Shown here piece after piece: positions 24,156 to 34,953 of a stretch of DNA of 64,000 nucleotides (positions are counted from its first letter, which is position 1; each line of letters opens with the position of its first letter). The DNA is from Scyliorhinus canicula. Taxonomy: Eukaryota. Below the pieces are notes generated by a model. The model ran no database searches. It saw only the letters and a program-made list of their open reading frames with translations, and was not told where the DNA came from. The translations under genes and the position numbers were made by a program. Location: contig NC_052158.1 in NCBI RefSeq assembly GCF_902713615.1, positions 30,359,990-30,423,989 of the forward strand, written 5' to 3'.

Positions 24156-24499
24156 CAAAGTGTCCTGCGCCAATCCCTGTGGTCAAGCAGTGGACAGAGG
24201 ATTCTAGTCTCAAAAACAGATTTCGACCAACACACTCTGCCTCCTGAAACTAAGCCAATTTTGGATCCAATTTTCCAAATTGCTTTGTATCCCACGTGCT
24301 CTTAACTTCTTCTTCGGTCCCTCATACTGGACCTTGTCAAAGCCTTATTGAGCTATATGGACTGAACTACCCGAATCAACACACCTACTTACATCCTCGA
24401 AAAAGTCAATCAAATTTGTTAGACTAATCTCCTTTTGGCAAAGCCATGCTGACTATCGTTGATTAACCCTTGCCTCTACAAGTGGTAATTAATTCTGCC

Positions 24500-25050
24500 C
24501 CTCAGAACCATTGGGTCCCTACAGTGCAGTAGGAGGCCATTCGGCCCACCATGACTGCAACAGCCCTCCGAAAGAACCACCTTCCCAGGCGCGCGTCCTA
24601 GCCCCTTAACCCCACCTGTCCTTTTGGACAGTCAGCATAGCCAATCCATCTGACCTGCACACCTTTGGACTGTGGAAGGAAACGGAGCACCTGGAGGAAA
24701 CCCATGCAGGCACAGAGAAAATATACAAACACCACACAATCACCCTTGGTCCGAATTCATAGTAATCTTAATTAGTGTCACAAGTAGGCTTACTTTTAAC
24801 ACTGCAATGAAGTTACTGTGAAAAGCCCCTCGTCGCCATAATCCGGTGCCTGTTCGGGTACACTGAGGGAGAATTCAGAACATCTAATTCACCTAACCTG
24901 CACATCTTTTGGGATTTATGGGAGCATACCGGAGCACCCGAAAAAAAAACCCACGCAGACACGAGGGGAATGTGCAACCCCGCACAGACAGTGACCCAAG
25001 CCGGGAATCGACCCAGGCCCTGGCACTGTGAAGCAACCGTACGAACTGAA
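24500..25050 (-). mobile_element. V-SINE with an inserted short-SINE-type tail segment
   Basis: V-domain GGAGCACC(T/C)GGAGGAAACCC and tRNA head. GAAGTTACTGTGAAAAGCCCC segment at ~24800-24850. Confidence 0.65.
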
Positions 25051-26524
25051 AGCGGGTCACTCAGGGAAACGCACGCAGACATAGGGAGAACGTTGCAGAC
25101 TCCAAACAGAGAGTGACTAAGCAGGAATTGAAGCGGGTACCTGGCGCTGGGAGGCGCTCTGCCCCCTGCCGAACAATATTTTTTTTACCAATGATTTCCT
25201 TTCCGGCCTGATGGACATTTACAAAGACAAGAAGTTTTCTTTTATCTGATAGGTCATTCTTCAATTACACTAATCCAAAAATGGCTCTAACACTTTCAAT
25301 TTGCCAACGGGATTTGCATTTGTTCCATATTCTACGTTCACTGCCATGATCGTTCATTTTTTGGCTCCACTTCTTTAATCTGCGAATATTTCCACCAAAC
25401 AACTGTGGCTCTTTTCTCCATTGAAACTGAATGTCGACCGTCCAGAGCCAAGCGGTTGGCTTCCTGCGTAACCCATGAACCATCCTCAGCATTCACTCTC
25501 TACACTATCGGCGAACATGTCAGCGATTCACGGCAAAAACTCGCCAAACCTCCGTAGACAGCACCTTCCAAACCCGGAATGTCTACCATCTAAAATGACG
25601 AGAGCAGATATGCATGGAAGCACCACCACATTTAAGTTCCCCTGCAATCCACATACTATGCTGGCTTGAAACTACCGTTTGCCCCGGTTCAAAATCCTGG
25701 AACACCCTTCCCAACATCACTGTGGGTGCACCTACCACAGACGGATCGCTGCGGCTCGAACTACTTTGTATGAAAACCAAATAAACTCAATGAAAAGAAC
25801 TGAGGGAAAAAGGACTGCAGCGGCGTCGCAAAAGTGACTTACGCCAGATTCTAAAGTGCAATTAATTTGAGCAATAAAGGCCATTCTAGACCACCTACAT
25901 CTGCATGCGATAAAGCAGAAAATAACAAAACAAAGTTAGTAGCAGGCTTGGCGCAAAACGGTCGGTTGTAAAGTCGCACATTCTACTCAGCGTCACAAAT
26001 TTGATTCCATTGGATTGCAACAGAACTGAATATCAGATCCGATGTATACGAGTGTCTGATCCAATGTCGCCTTTGATTGCCATCGCCGCAAGCAAATGTA
26101 CACTATCATCCAATTCGTTCTGGTGCAAGAGTGTACCAATATAGATACGTGCGCTCAATTTAGTTCCCTCCCCTGTCACAAGATGTGGACGATTTAAGTC
26201 CAAGCTTCTAATCAGGTCATCGGCATTGCTTATTTCACCCTGCCATTTATCCATCTTTCCTCATCCGATGTTCGGACAGTCCTGCCTGGGGCTCGGCATA
26301 ACAATTAACGTCAGCATTTTTAAAGTCCATAAATACATTCAATGCTTGGCGGTGTGGGGAATTTGTAGAATTATGCACGTTATTGTGATGTGACAACTTT
26401 CCTACTTAGAAATTGGTTTTCTAACCAATGGGCGGCATGGTGGTGCAGTGGTTAGCATTGCTGCCTCACAATGCTGAGGACCCGGGTTCGATCCCGGCTC
26501 CGGGACACTGTCCATATGGAGTTT

Positions 26525-26873
26525 GGGCAGCAGGGTAGCATGGTGGTTAGCATAAATGCTTCACAGCTCCAGGGTCCCAGGTTCGATTCCCGGCTGGGTC
26601 ACTGTCTGTGTGGAGTCTGCACGTCCTCCCCCTGTGTGCATGGGTTTCCTCCAGGTGCTCCGGTTTCCTCCCACAGTCCAAAGATGTGCGGGTTAGGTGG
26701 ATTGGCCATGCTAAATTGCCCGTAGTGTCCTAATAAATGTAAGGTTAAGGGGGGGGGGGGGTTGTTGGGTTACGGGTATAGGGTGGATATGTGGGTTTGA
26801 GGAGGGTGATCATGGCTCGGCACAACATTGAAGGCCGAAGGGCCTGTTCTGTGCTGTACTGTTCTATATTCTA
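26525..26873 (+). mobile_element. Near-intact V-SINE (HE1-like), preceded by a second tRNA head (26430-26520)
   Basis: GGGCAGCA.GGTAGCA head, GGTTCGATTCC B box, V domain GGGTTTCCTCC.GGTGCTCCGGTTTCCTCCCAC, CR1-like tail GGCCGAAGGGCCTGTT. Confidence 0.9.
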
Positions 26874-26896
26874 TAAAACGAGCAAGCAGTACTCAC

Positions 26897-27235
26897 TTTT
26901 AACTGTAAGATTTGTCCCGGGTCCATACTTCTCCCCAGATCTGATATATTCCACTTTGCAATAATATGTTCCTGAATCGTGCTTTTTGGTATCCGTTATT
27001 TTCAACGACGCGTCATTCCTTGCTCTGAAGGCCTTCCTGCCCGCCATAAAAACGCGTCCTCTATAATGTTTTGTTTTGTTGGACACCTCGGTGCCATTTT
27101 GTCCGTTTCGGTACCACGTGTATGAGGCTATGGCCTCTGGGCCACGGCAGGTGCAGTGTAGGTCCACAGTTTCGCCTTCAGATGCAACAATCCAGGGTGG
27201 GCTCTGGATCACCGTGATGTTCCCAAATGTTAATC
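26897..27235 (-). CDS. NCR3: Ig V(J)-type domain exon of NCR3/NKp30-like gene 1
   Basis: 339 nt, phase 1/1, acceptor TTTTCTATTTCATGACAG| and donor A|GTGAGT. Has the canonical C, WYR, DSGTYYC and YGPGTNLTV, plus NKp30-like GTEVSNKTKHYRGRV. Confidence 0.85.
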
Positions 27236-27818
27236 CTGTCATGAAATAGAAAACATCCGACTTTAAAGATGCCGCCAATGATAAACTTTCCAAATGAAGA
27301 CACCAGTACGGGAAGTGCAGATGTGAAATTCGCAGTCGCTGTTCAGTGAAAGCCGGGCGATGTCCAGTTGGCCATTTTACACTCCCTTTGATATTCGTTC
27401 AATGGGGTAGCAAATCGTAGCACGGAAACCACGGTTTTGCGCCAAGACGAAATACAATTTTCACCTTTGAAGTCAGTGAACAGTTTGAGTTGAATTCCCC
27501 ATCCGAAAAAGAAAATCAAAATAAGGGGCTGCCATTTAGGACCGAGATGTGGAGACATTCCTTTACACAGAGGGATTTGAGACTTTGGAATTTTCTACCC
27601 AAGAGGCCGATGGGAGCTGTGTTAATGATAATATATCAAGCAGCAATGTCTGATTAACAATAAGCTAAAGCATATGAAGATACGGTGTAAAAGTGTCCGG
27701 TTAGCCATGATCCTATTGAATGACAGGTCTGACGGGTTGAATGGCCTACTCCTGTTCCGATGTTCACACGGACGGGTGGAATTTCACCCCTTGAGTTAAG
27801 TTCTCTTTTTAATACGAG

Positions 27819-28110
27819 GGGAGACGGTGGTGTAGTGGTATTGTCACTGGACTAGTAATCCAGGGAGCCAGAAATGTGGGGTCCCAGGTTCAAATACAGC
27901 CACTGCAGATGGTGAAATTAAAAGCCTAATGATGCCCATGAAACGATTGTCGTAAAAAAGCACCTGGTTCACGAATGTCCTTCAGCAATGGAAATCTACC
28001 ATCCTTACCGGGCACGTCCTTACCCAACACCAGACCCACAGCAATGTGGTTGACTCTTAACTGCCCCCTGAAGGGCATTTGGGCACGGGCAATAAATGTA
28101 TGACGAATGA
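27819..28110 (+). mobile_element. Deu-domain SINE
   Basis: tRNA-like head GGTGGTGTAGTGGT, Deu core CAGACCCACAGCAATGTGGTTGACTCTTAACTGCCC. Confidence 0.7.
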
Positions 28111-28129
28111 AAAAGAAAATCCTATTTCA

Positions 28130-29650
28130 GATACTAACGGTATTTTCCGCTAGGTGCATTTATTCGCCACCTTGAGAAGTTAATGAGAAGTTGGTGATGA
28201 GCTTTAGCCGCTGCAGTCCTTGAGGTGCAAGTGCGAGGAATTCTAGGATTTTCACAAGCGACAGTGAAGGAAGGTCATATAATTCCATGTCAGAGTGACT
28301 TTGGAGGAGAACCTTGGTGGTGATGTACCCAAGTATCTGCTGCCTTTATCCTTCTAGGTGGTCGTGGGTTTGGAAGATGCTGCCTAAGGATATGTAATGG
28401 CATTCTCGGAGCTGAATCATCCCCCAATTACATATCTGAATTACAAGAGGGAGCTGTGTTAATGATAATATATCAAGCAGCAATGTCTGATTAACAATAA
28501 GCTAAAGCATATGAAGATACTCAATTACATATCTGAATTGCATCATTTAGATGGTATAAAGGGCTGCCATCAGTGGCATCGGTGGCGGAGGCATATTTGT
28601 GGATGTGTTAGCAATCAAACGGGATGCCTTGGCGAGGCTGCTGCCGAGCTTCTTGAGTGGTTTTGGAATTGCACTCATCCAGGCAATTAAACTCCTGATT
28701 TGGATGTTGTAGATGATGCACAGACTTTGTGGAGTCAAGTGGTGAGTTAAGCGCCACTGGATTCCGAGCCTTTGGCCTGTTCCTGTGGGCACAGTATTTA
28801 TATGGCGGGTCCAGCTCAGCTTCTGGTCAATGGTGACGTTTAGTATGCTGATATTGGGGGATGATTCAGCTCCGAGAATGCCATTACATATCAAAGGGTG
28901 ATTGTGAGATGATCTCTTGTTATTGATGGCCATTGCCTGTCACTTGCGTGGCGTTAATGATATTCATCACTTGCCTGCACAAGCTTGGATGTTGCCCATG
29001 TCTTGTTTCATTTGGATATGGAGTTCTTCAGTATATGAGGAGTCATGAATGGTACTGTACGTCGTGCAGTCACCTGTGGACATCCAACTTCTAACCTTAT
29101 GATGGAAGGAAGGTCATTGACGAAGCTGCTGAAGTTGGTTGGGAGTAGGACACTGCAGTGATGTTCAATTGTTGAAATGGCTGACCTTTAACGACCATAT
29201 CCATCTTCGTTTGTATAAGATATGACTCTAACCAACAGAGGGTTCCCCAATTCCCATTGATATAAGTTTTTCCAGGGTTCATTGATGCTGTACTTGGTCT
29301 AATTATGCCTTAATGTCAAAGGCAGTCACTGTCACTCACGTCTATAGTTCAGCACTTTTAACCCAAGCTTGCAATGATTTCAGAAGCTGAGAGAGCCTGG
29401 AGGAACCCATACTGAGAGTAGTGAACAGTTTATCAATGAATAAGTGCCCGTTACTAGTACTGTAGATGGCCCCTTCCATTGCATTACTCATGGTTGAGAA
29501 TAGACTAATGGGGCAGTGGTTGGCTGGGTTGGATATGTCCTGTTTCTTGTGTACAAGACATATCTGGACACTTTTCCAGATTGCTGCGTGGCTGCACTGG
29601 TGTCAATGGGGCGGTCACTCTTACTTACCTCTTGCAGCTGTTGTCCCCAT
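28130..29650 (-). mobile_element. CR1/L2-superfamily LINE fragment (second family)
   Basis: RT C-terminal TIDQKLSWTRHIN...GQRLGI...LTPQSL (ORF 28547-28933). The same family occurs at ~32010-32700, ~49715-50110 and ~52550-53270. Confidence 0.75.
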
Positions 29651-29719
29651 GTTGGACCAAGGGTGGAATGTGGATCCGAGTGGCGCCGGTGAAATGAAAC
29701 CCTCAAATTATTTCCATCC

Positions 29720-30290
29720 CCGATAACCTTTCACCCCCTTGTTAAGCAACAATCTATCCCTGACGTTAAAAATACTCCACGATTTTTATTTCATTGCCTT
29801 GAGGAAGAGAGTTCTCAAGACTCACGAGGCTCTGAGAAGAAAAAAATGCTCCTCGTCTCCATCTTAAACGAGCGATCTCACATTTTTAGACAATGATCAG
29901 CATTCTTGATTCTCCAACAAGAATCCTTACCACACCTACCCTGTCAAAACCCCTCAGGACCTTAAAGGTTTCAGTCAAAGAGTCTCTTACACTTCGAAAC
30001 TCTAGTGGAAATAAAACCAACTTCTCCAACCTTTCCTCATAAGACAACCGACCCATTCCCGCTTTAGTCCAGTAAAGCTTCTCTGAAGTGAATCAAACAC
30101 ATTTACACCTTTACTAAGATAAGTAGGCAAATTTTGTACACAATATTCCATTTGTGGACTCACAAATGCCCTGTACGACTGACGTATACCCCCCTTACTT
30201 TTGTAATCAATTTCCCCTCACAAGAGATGAATAAAATTATATTAGCTTTCCGAATTACTCCTAGAACTGACCTAGTTAACGTGGTCCATG
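29720..30290 (-). mobile_element. CR1 LINE 3' fragment
   Basis: Reverse-strand CR1 3' region similar to 54990-55450. Confidence 0.55.
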
Positions 30291-30314
30291 TACCGGCACT
30301 AGAAAGACCATTTG

Positions 30315-31228
30315 TGTAAGTCCCGGTGAATATTCTAAACCTTTTGCGTCAGTGCAGTGATTTCTTAAAAGGGCAATTTCTTGGTGAAGGGGGTGTCCCG
30401 AGATGAGGCCCCTTAAAACTTAATAGCTAGGACAACACTAGAATAGTTTTACATAAATTGATTTATTACGGATTGAGATTAATCATAGAACGTATACCCC
30501 AAAATCATTATTAACCATTAAACATGTATTTTAGGACATAGCAGTAATAAGCATTCAAACATTTGCTACAAGCAGTGACCACAATGCATGATGGGATTTA
30601 AGCTAGCCTACCTGCCATGTTTTTCAGACAATCAATGATTAGGCAGAAATAGTGTGGTCAGCAAAAACGGTCAGTTCAGTAAACAGTTCTATCAGTGCCC
30701 CCAATATCCTGTCTTAGACAATCCATGGTGTAAAGTGCAAAACCAACTTTGTCATCCTGCCCCTGGATGATCAATGAGATGGCTTGGAACTGACTGCGAC
30801 AAGTAGGATGGGAATGTCAGAAAACAACATTTTAATGGACGCAAGATCCTAGTAAACGACGGGTGGCAAGATGGGGTTAAATCATGACCTGATCACAAGT
30901 CATAATTTTGTTTAATGTAAATTTTACTGGACAAAATAAAATTGACAGCTCCAAGGATTGGATCAAGTTCAACTGGGGCGGGCTATTGATTTCTGGGAAA
31001 CTCTATAATTGGTGTGTTAGTACCAGTGTTGGACAGAGTGACTTTGGCATTTAACCAGATCTCTTTCCCATGTACATGGACCTAGCTTGGAATAATAAAG
31101 CTGTCTTAACCAGGTTGATGTGTGTCTGTCGATCTGTGTTTCAGCTAGGCCGTAACTTAGAAGGAGGAACGCTATGTAAAAGCTAGCTCAATACTCAGGC
31201 CTTGGAAACGCTCCTGCCGTTGGTAACA
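30315..31228 (+). mobile_element. Probable solo LTR
   Basis: TGTAAG...GGTAACA ends and an AATAAA near 31095. No TSD found. Confidence 0.35.
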
Positions 31229-31289
31229 TAAATTTAATTTGTAGCGAATCCCTAATGTATCTGGCAGGAGGTTAATAACGACTAACTAA

Positions 31290-31670
31290 AATTTATATTT
31301 TTTAAATCAAGGGATGTGGGCATCGCTGGCTGGGCCAGAATTTCTTTCCCATTCCTAATGCGCCTTCAACTGAGTGGCTTCCTAGGCGATTTCACACGGC
31401 TTTTAAGAGTAATTGTTGTGGATCTGGAGTCGCATCAGACCAGGTAAGGGCCGCAGTTTCCTTCCTGGAAGGACATTACTGAACCAGATGGGTTTTTACA
31501 ACAAACCCACAATGGTCATCATTAACATGGTAACCGGACTTTTTTTACATTTCAGATTTTTTAAAATTAAAATTTCAACATCTCCCATGGTGGGATTCAA
31601 ACCCGTGCCCCCAGAACATTTCCCTGGATTATTGGTCCATTGACAATACCATTGCGCCATTGCCTCACCA
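31290..31670 (-). mobile_element. Deu-domain SINE
   Basis: Reverse complement of the 27819-28110 type sequence. Confidence 0.7.
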
Positions 31671-32863
31671 TAATATCATAAATATTCCTGAAAGGGTTAG
31701 AAATTTAAAATCCTCAATTACTGATATTTAATATTGAAAGATTGCATATATTCAGGAGTGGAGGAAGGGGAACAGAATTCGCTTGAGAATATCGGAATCT
31801 GGAATTATGTTGGGCGTACAGCGTCGGGTAGGGATGATAAAAAATTCCTGCAAAATGTATCCGATAATGATTTAAAACGTGACCTGGCATTAAACTGCTC
31901 CAAAATTGTAGTTATCTCCTTTAGGAATCAGTACTCCATGCATTCACACATTCTAGCCTCTACATCGGAGGCGTTAGCCTTTTAATATAAATGGGCTAAT
32001 AATCGATTTGAAACGTAGAAGAGATATGTACCGTGCCAGTACCTTAGCGTGCTTCCACTGATGGATTCATGGAACTTCCTTGGGGAATTGTCAAACAGAT
32101 ACTGAACTGCACCAGCCATATAAATATGGTGGCTATAGAAATAGACGAGAGAGTGGTAATTCTAATGTAATTAATTCAACTTCTGGCTCAACAAGGACCC
32201 TGCCATCTATTAGGCACAACTCGGGAGTGTGATGGTATAGCCACCACCTGTGTTGGAGTGTAGTTTCAACAGTCAAGGCACTTGACAGCATCCAAGATCT
32301 AGCATTGCGCTTTACTGGCACCTCACCCATCCACCTTTAGCATTCATCCTCTCTCCCATTGACGTACAGTGGCAGCAGTATGTACCATCTACAAGATGTA
32401 CTGTAGCAACTCATGAAGCCTCTTTCCGAGTGCGATCCCAACCCACGCCCTCTTCTATTTAGAAAAACAAACGGCAGTAGATGCATTTCATCACCATCAC
32501 CTTAACGTTCATAACCAAGCCACTAATTAACCTGGGTTGGAACTATATCGCTCTTCCTTCACTGACGCTGGGTCAAAATCCTGGACCTGCCCCTTTGATA
32601 GCACAGTGTGTGTCCCTGCACCACATGGACCATGGCGGTTCACTGAGGCAGCTGAGCATGCCTTTTTTTCCAAGGGCAAAGAGGGATGGGGAATAAATGC
32701 TTAGATCCTGTGAAAGAAACAATTAAATCTATAATTTGTTGTGACACTTTTCACAATGAATGAAGCTTCCCATGTTTATATTGCATGGAGTCGTCCTAGC
32801 ATCTGATAGTGGACAACCTACTTGGACATCAACAAATAAATTGTAAATAGTTGTATATGTTAC

Positions 32864-32906
32864 CTGCAAGAAGAACTTCTGCCCAGATCATTGTGTTCAG
32901 ATTCAT
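32864..32906 (-). CDS. NCR3: Leader exon of NCR3-like gene 1 (MNLNTMIWAEVLLA-G)
   Basis: ATG at 32906 (alternative 32891), donor CAG|GTAACA, phase 1. Joins the V exon in frame (...VLLAGLTFGNITVIQ). Paralogous to 62237-62264. Confidence 0.7.
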
Positions 32907-32994
32907 TTCTATCTCCCGACACCATGTAATGGACTTCCACAAGGAAGGGTGCAGAGAAAAAGAGCATTTTGTTTGGTGCAAAAACATTGAGGCG

Positions 32995-33010
32995 CAGGAT
33001 GTGATGCAAT
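32995..33010. promoter_or_regulatory. Conserved proximal promoter motif (ETS-like GGAT plus ATF/CEBP-like TGATGCAAT), gene 1
   Basis: CAGGATGTGATGCAAT about 90 nt upstream of the ATG. Near-identical CAGGATGTGACGCAAT at 59625-59640. Confidence 0.5.
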
Positions 33011-33909
33011 GGAAGAAATCGGTTAACACTTTCTCGCTGTCTATTTTGGTAGACCTGGCTTGTCTACTCTACCTTTCGGCAATGATCACTATTTTTGCCT
33101 CCCTGTCTGCATTTGTGCTCTGTCTACCCCCCTCCCCCAATCACCACCCCAACGGAAAATACTGGTTTCTGAATTCGGAGGCAAAAACAGGAACTGCGGG
33201 GTGAATTCGCCCGGTCAGGTTACAATCTGTGGAGAATCCAGACGCCTTCACGTGTCCAATGTAGAGTCTCCCTCAAACGCATCTGCTCGGGCCACGAGTG
33301 TTGACTAAACATTTTTATGCGAGCATTTAAGCAGAGGTAACAGCAAGTGACTTCACTTCCTCGCTCCCTAAAGCGTCTCGGCCACCACGAGACATCATTT
33401 AGAAATTTGATTAGCATTGCTCGTTGACATTTAAGAGGTTAAACAGAACCCATGACAATGCAGCCCGCTTGTTTTGGATCCGGGTCCTCTTCTTAAACGC
33501 AGGAGCACTATGTATCAACCGAATGATGCACTGCAGCAACTCAGGGAGCCTTCTTTGACAGCAGCCAAGAAATTTGCAATCGTTACCATGGAGATGCGCA
33601 AAGGACGGCAGGCAAATAAGAAGTGCAACGCCCTCAAATTTCACGTCAAAGGACTAAACCATACTGACTTGAAAATGTGCCAAAATTCATTCATCAGCAC
33701 TTGTCAAAACATTGGATATCCTTGTCTATATTCACTATGGGTTACATACAGTACGTTGACAGCGGAGTTCAAGGGGGCGTTACACAATTAACTTCTCTGG
33801 GACAGTGAGAGATGGACAATAAATTCTGACCTTCCAGCGATGTTCATTTACCTAGAATGCCTCAATTGAATCTGAAAGAGAAAAAAATATGAGTGTCGAG
33901 CCATGGTCT

Positions 33910-34505
33910 ACCTACAGTGCAGAAGGAGGACATTCGGCCCAGCAAGTCGGCACAGAACCTCCGAGAGAGCATCCGACATAGGTCCATGCTCCCACCTATA
34001 CGCGGAACGCAGTAACCGCACCTAACCTTTTGGCTAATCCACCCAATGTGTACACCAGAGGGAAATCAACTCTGACACGGGAAGAACGTGCAAACTTCAT
34101 GCAGGCCGTGACCCAAGGCCGGAATTGAAGCCGGGTCCCTGGCACTTGAGGCAGCAGTACTAACGACTGTGCCGCGGTGCCGCCCCATGATATCATTAAT
34201 GTGACGTTACATAATAATAAAAATCTTTATTGTCACAAGTAGGCTTGCATTAACAGTACAATGACGTTACTGTCAAAAGCCACGAGTCGCCACATTCCGG
34301 CGCCTCTTCTACACGGAGGGACAATTCAGAATGTCCAAGTTATCTAACAGCATGTTTTTCAGGATTTGTGGGAGGAAACCGGAGCACCGGGAGGAAACTC
34401 ACCCAGACACAGGGAGAACTTGCACACTCCGCACAAACCCAAGCCAGGAATCAAACCTGGGGCCCTGGCGCTGTTAAGCAACAGTGCTAACCACGGTGCT
34501 ACCAT
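33910..34505 (-). mobile_element. Two tandem V-SINE copies with a short-SINE tail piece between them
   Basis: Two tRNA heads (~34130-34190 and ~34440-34505) and V-domain remnants. Confidence 0.65.
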
Positions 34506-34953
34506 GCCGTCTTGAAGTTTGTTTTTAAAATGGTGTTATCCCCTCTCCATTGCCTATTTTACCGCAGCTAAATCGAAGGTGTGGTGAGAAGCAGATTATT
34601 GGTGCTGAATGAACTATTTGAAGACTTGCCAGTCACGTTCTTACAGGGTTGTCTCTTTACTGAGGCGGCTCCGAACTATTTTCTAATATTAATGGCAATA
34701 CATATATTCTGGACATTTCAGTCTTATACCTTTGGCGATTTGCATTTTATTGCTATGAAAATTGTGAAAGAGCCAATAATGACATCCCTTTATGCTTAAG
34801 TTAAAGCAATACAGTGTATGTGGTCTGAAACATGTCGGGATAGCAATAACTTTACAAATTCTTGAAGCAGAAGCTCTACATGGAATTTAGTTTGGTTCTT
34901 CCCATTGACCCTAATGTGTGCATGTTAAGTTAATTATGCATGCTCAGTTGCCG

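Noticed and set aside
26033-26254. ORF containing a J-like GEGTKL
   Set aside because: No F/W-GxG context and no RSS. The surrounding sequence looks like a decayed LINE 3' region.
26430-26600. tRNA genes
   Set aside because: These are A/B-box heads of SINEs, continuous with SINE bodies. The same applies to similar hits across the window.
26897-27235. Rearranging Ig/TCR/IgNAR V segment
   Set aside because: V and the J-like GxGT are fused in one exon that ends at a splice donor. No RSS heptamer/nonamer is adjacent and no constant domain was found. The same holds for 58153-58491.
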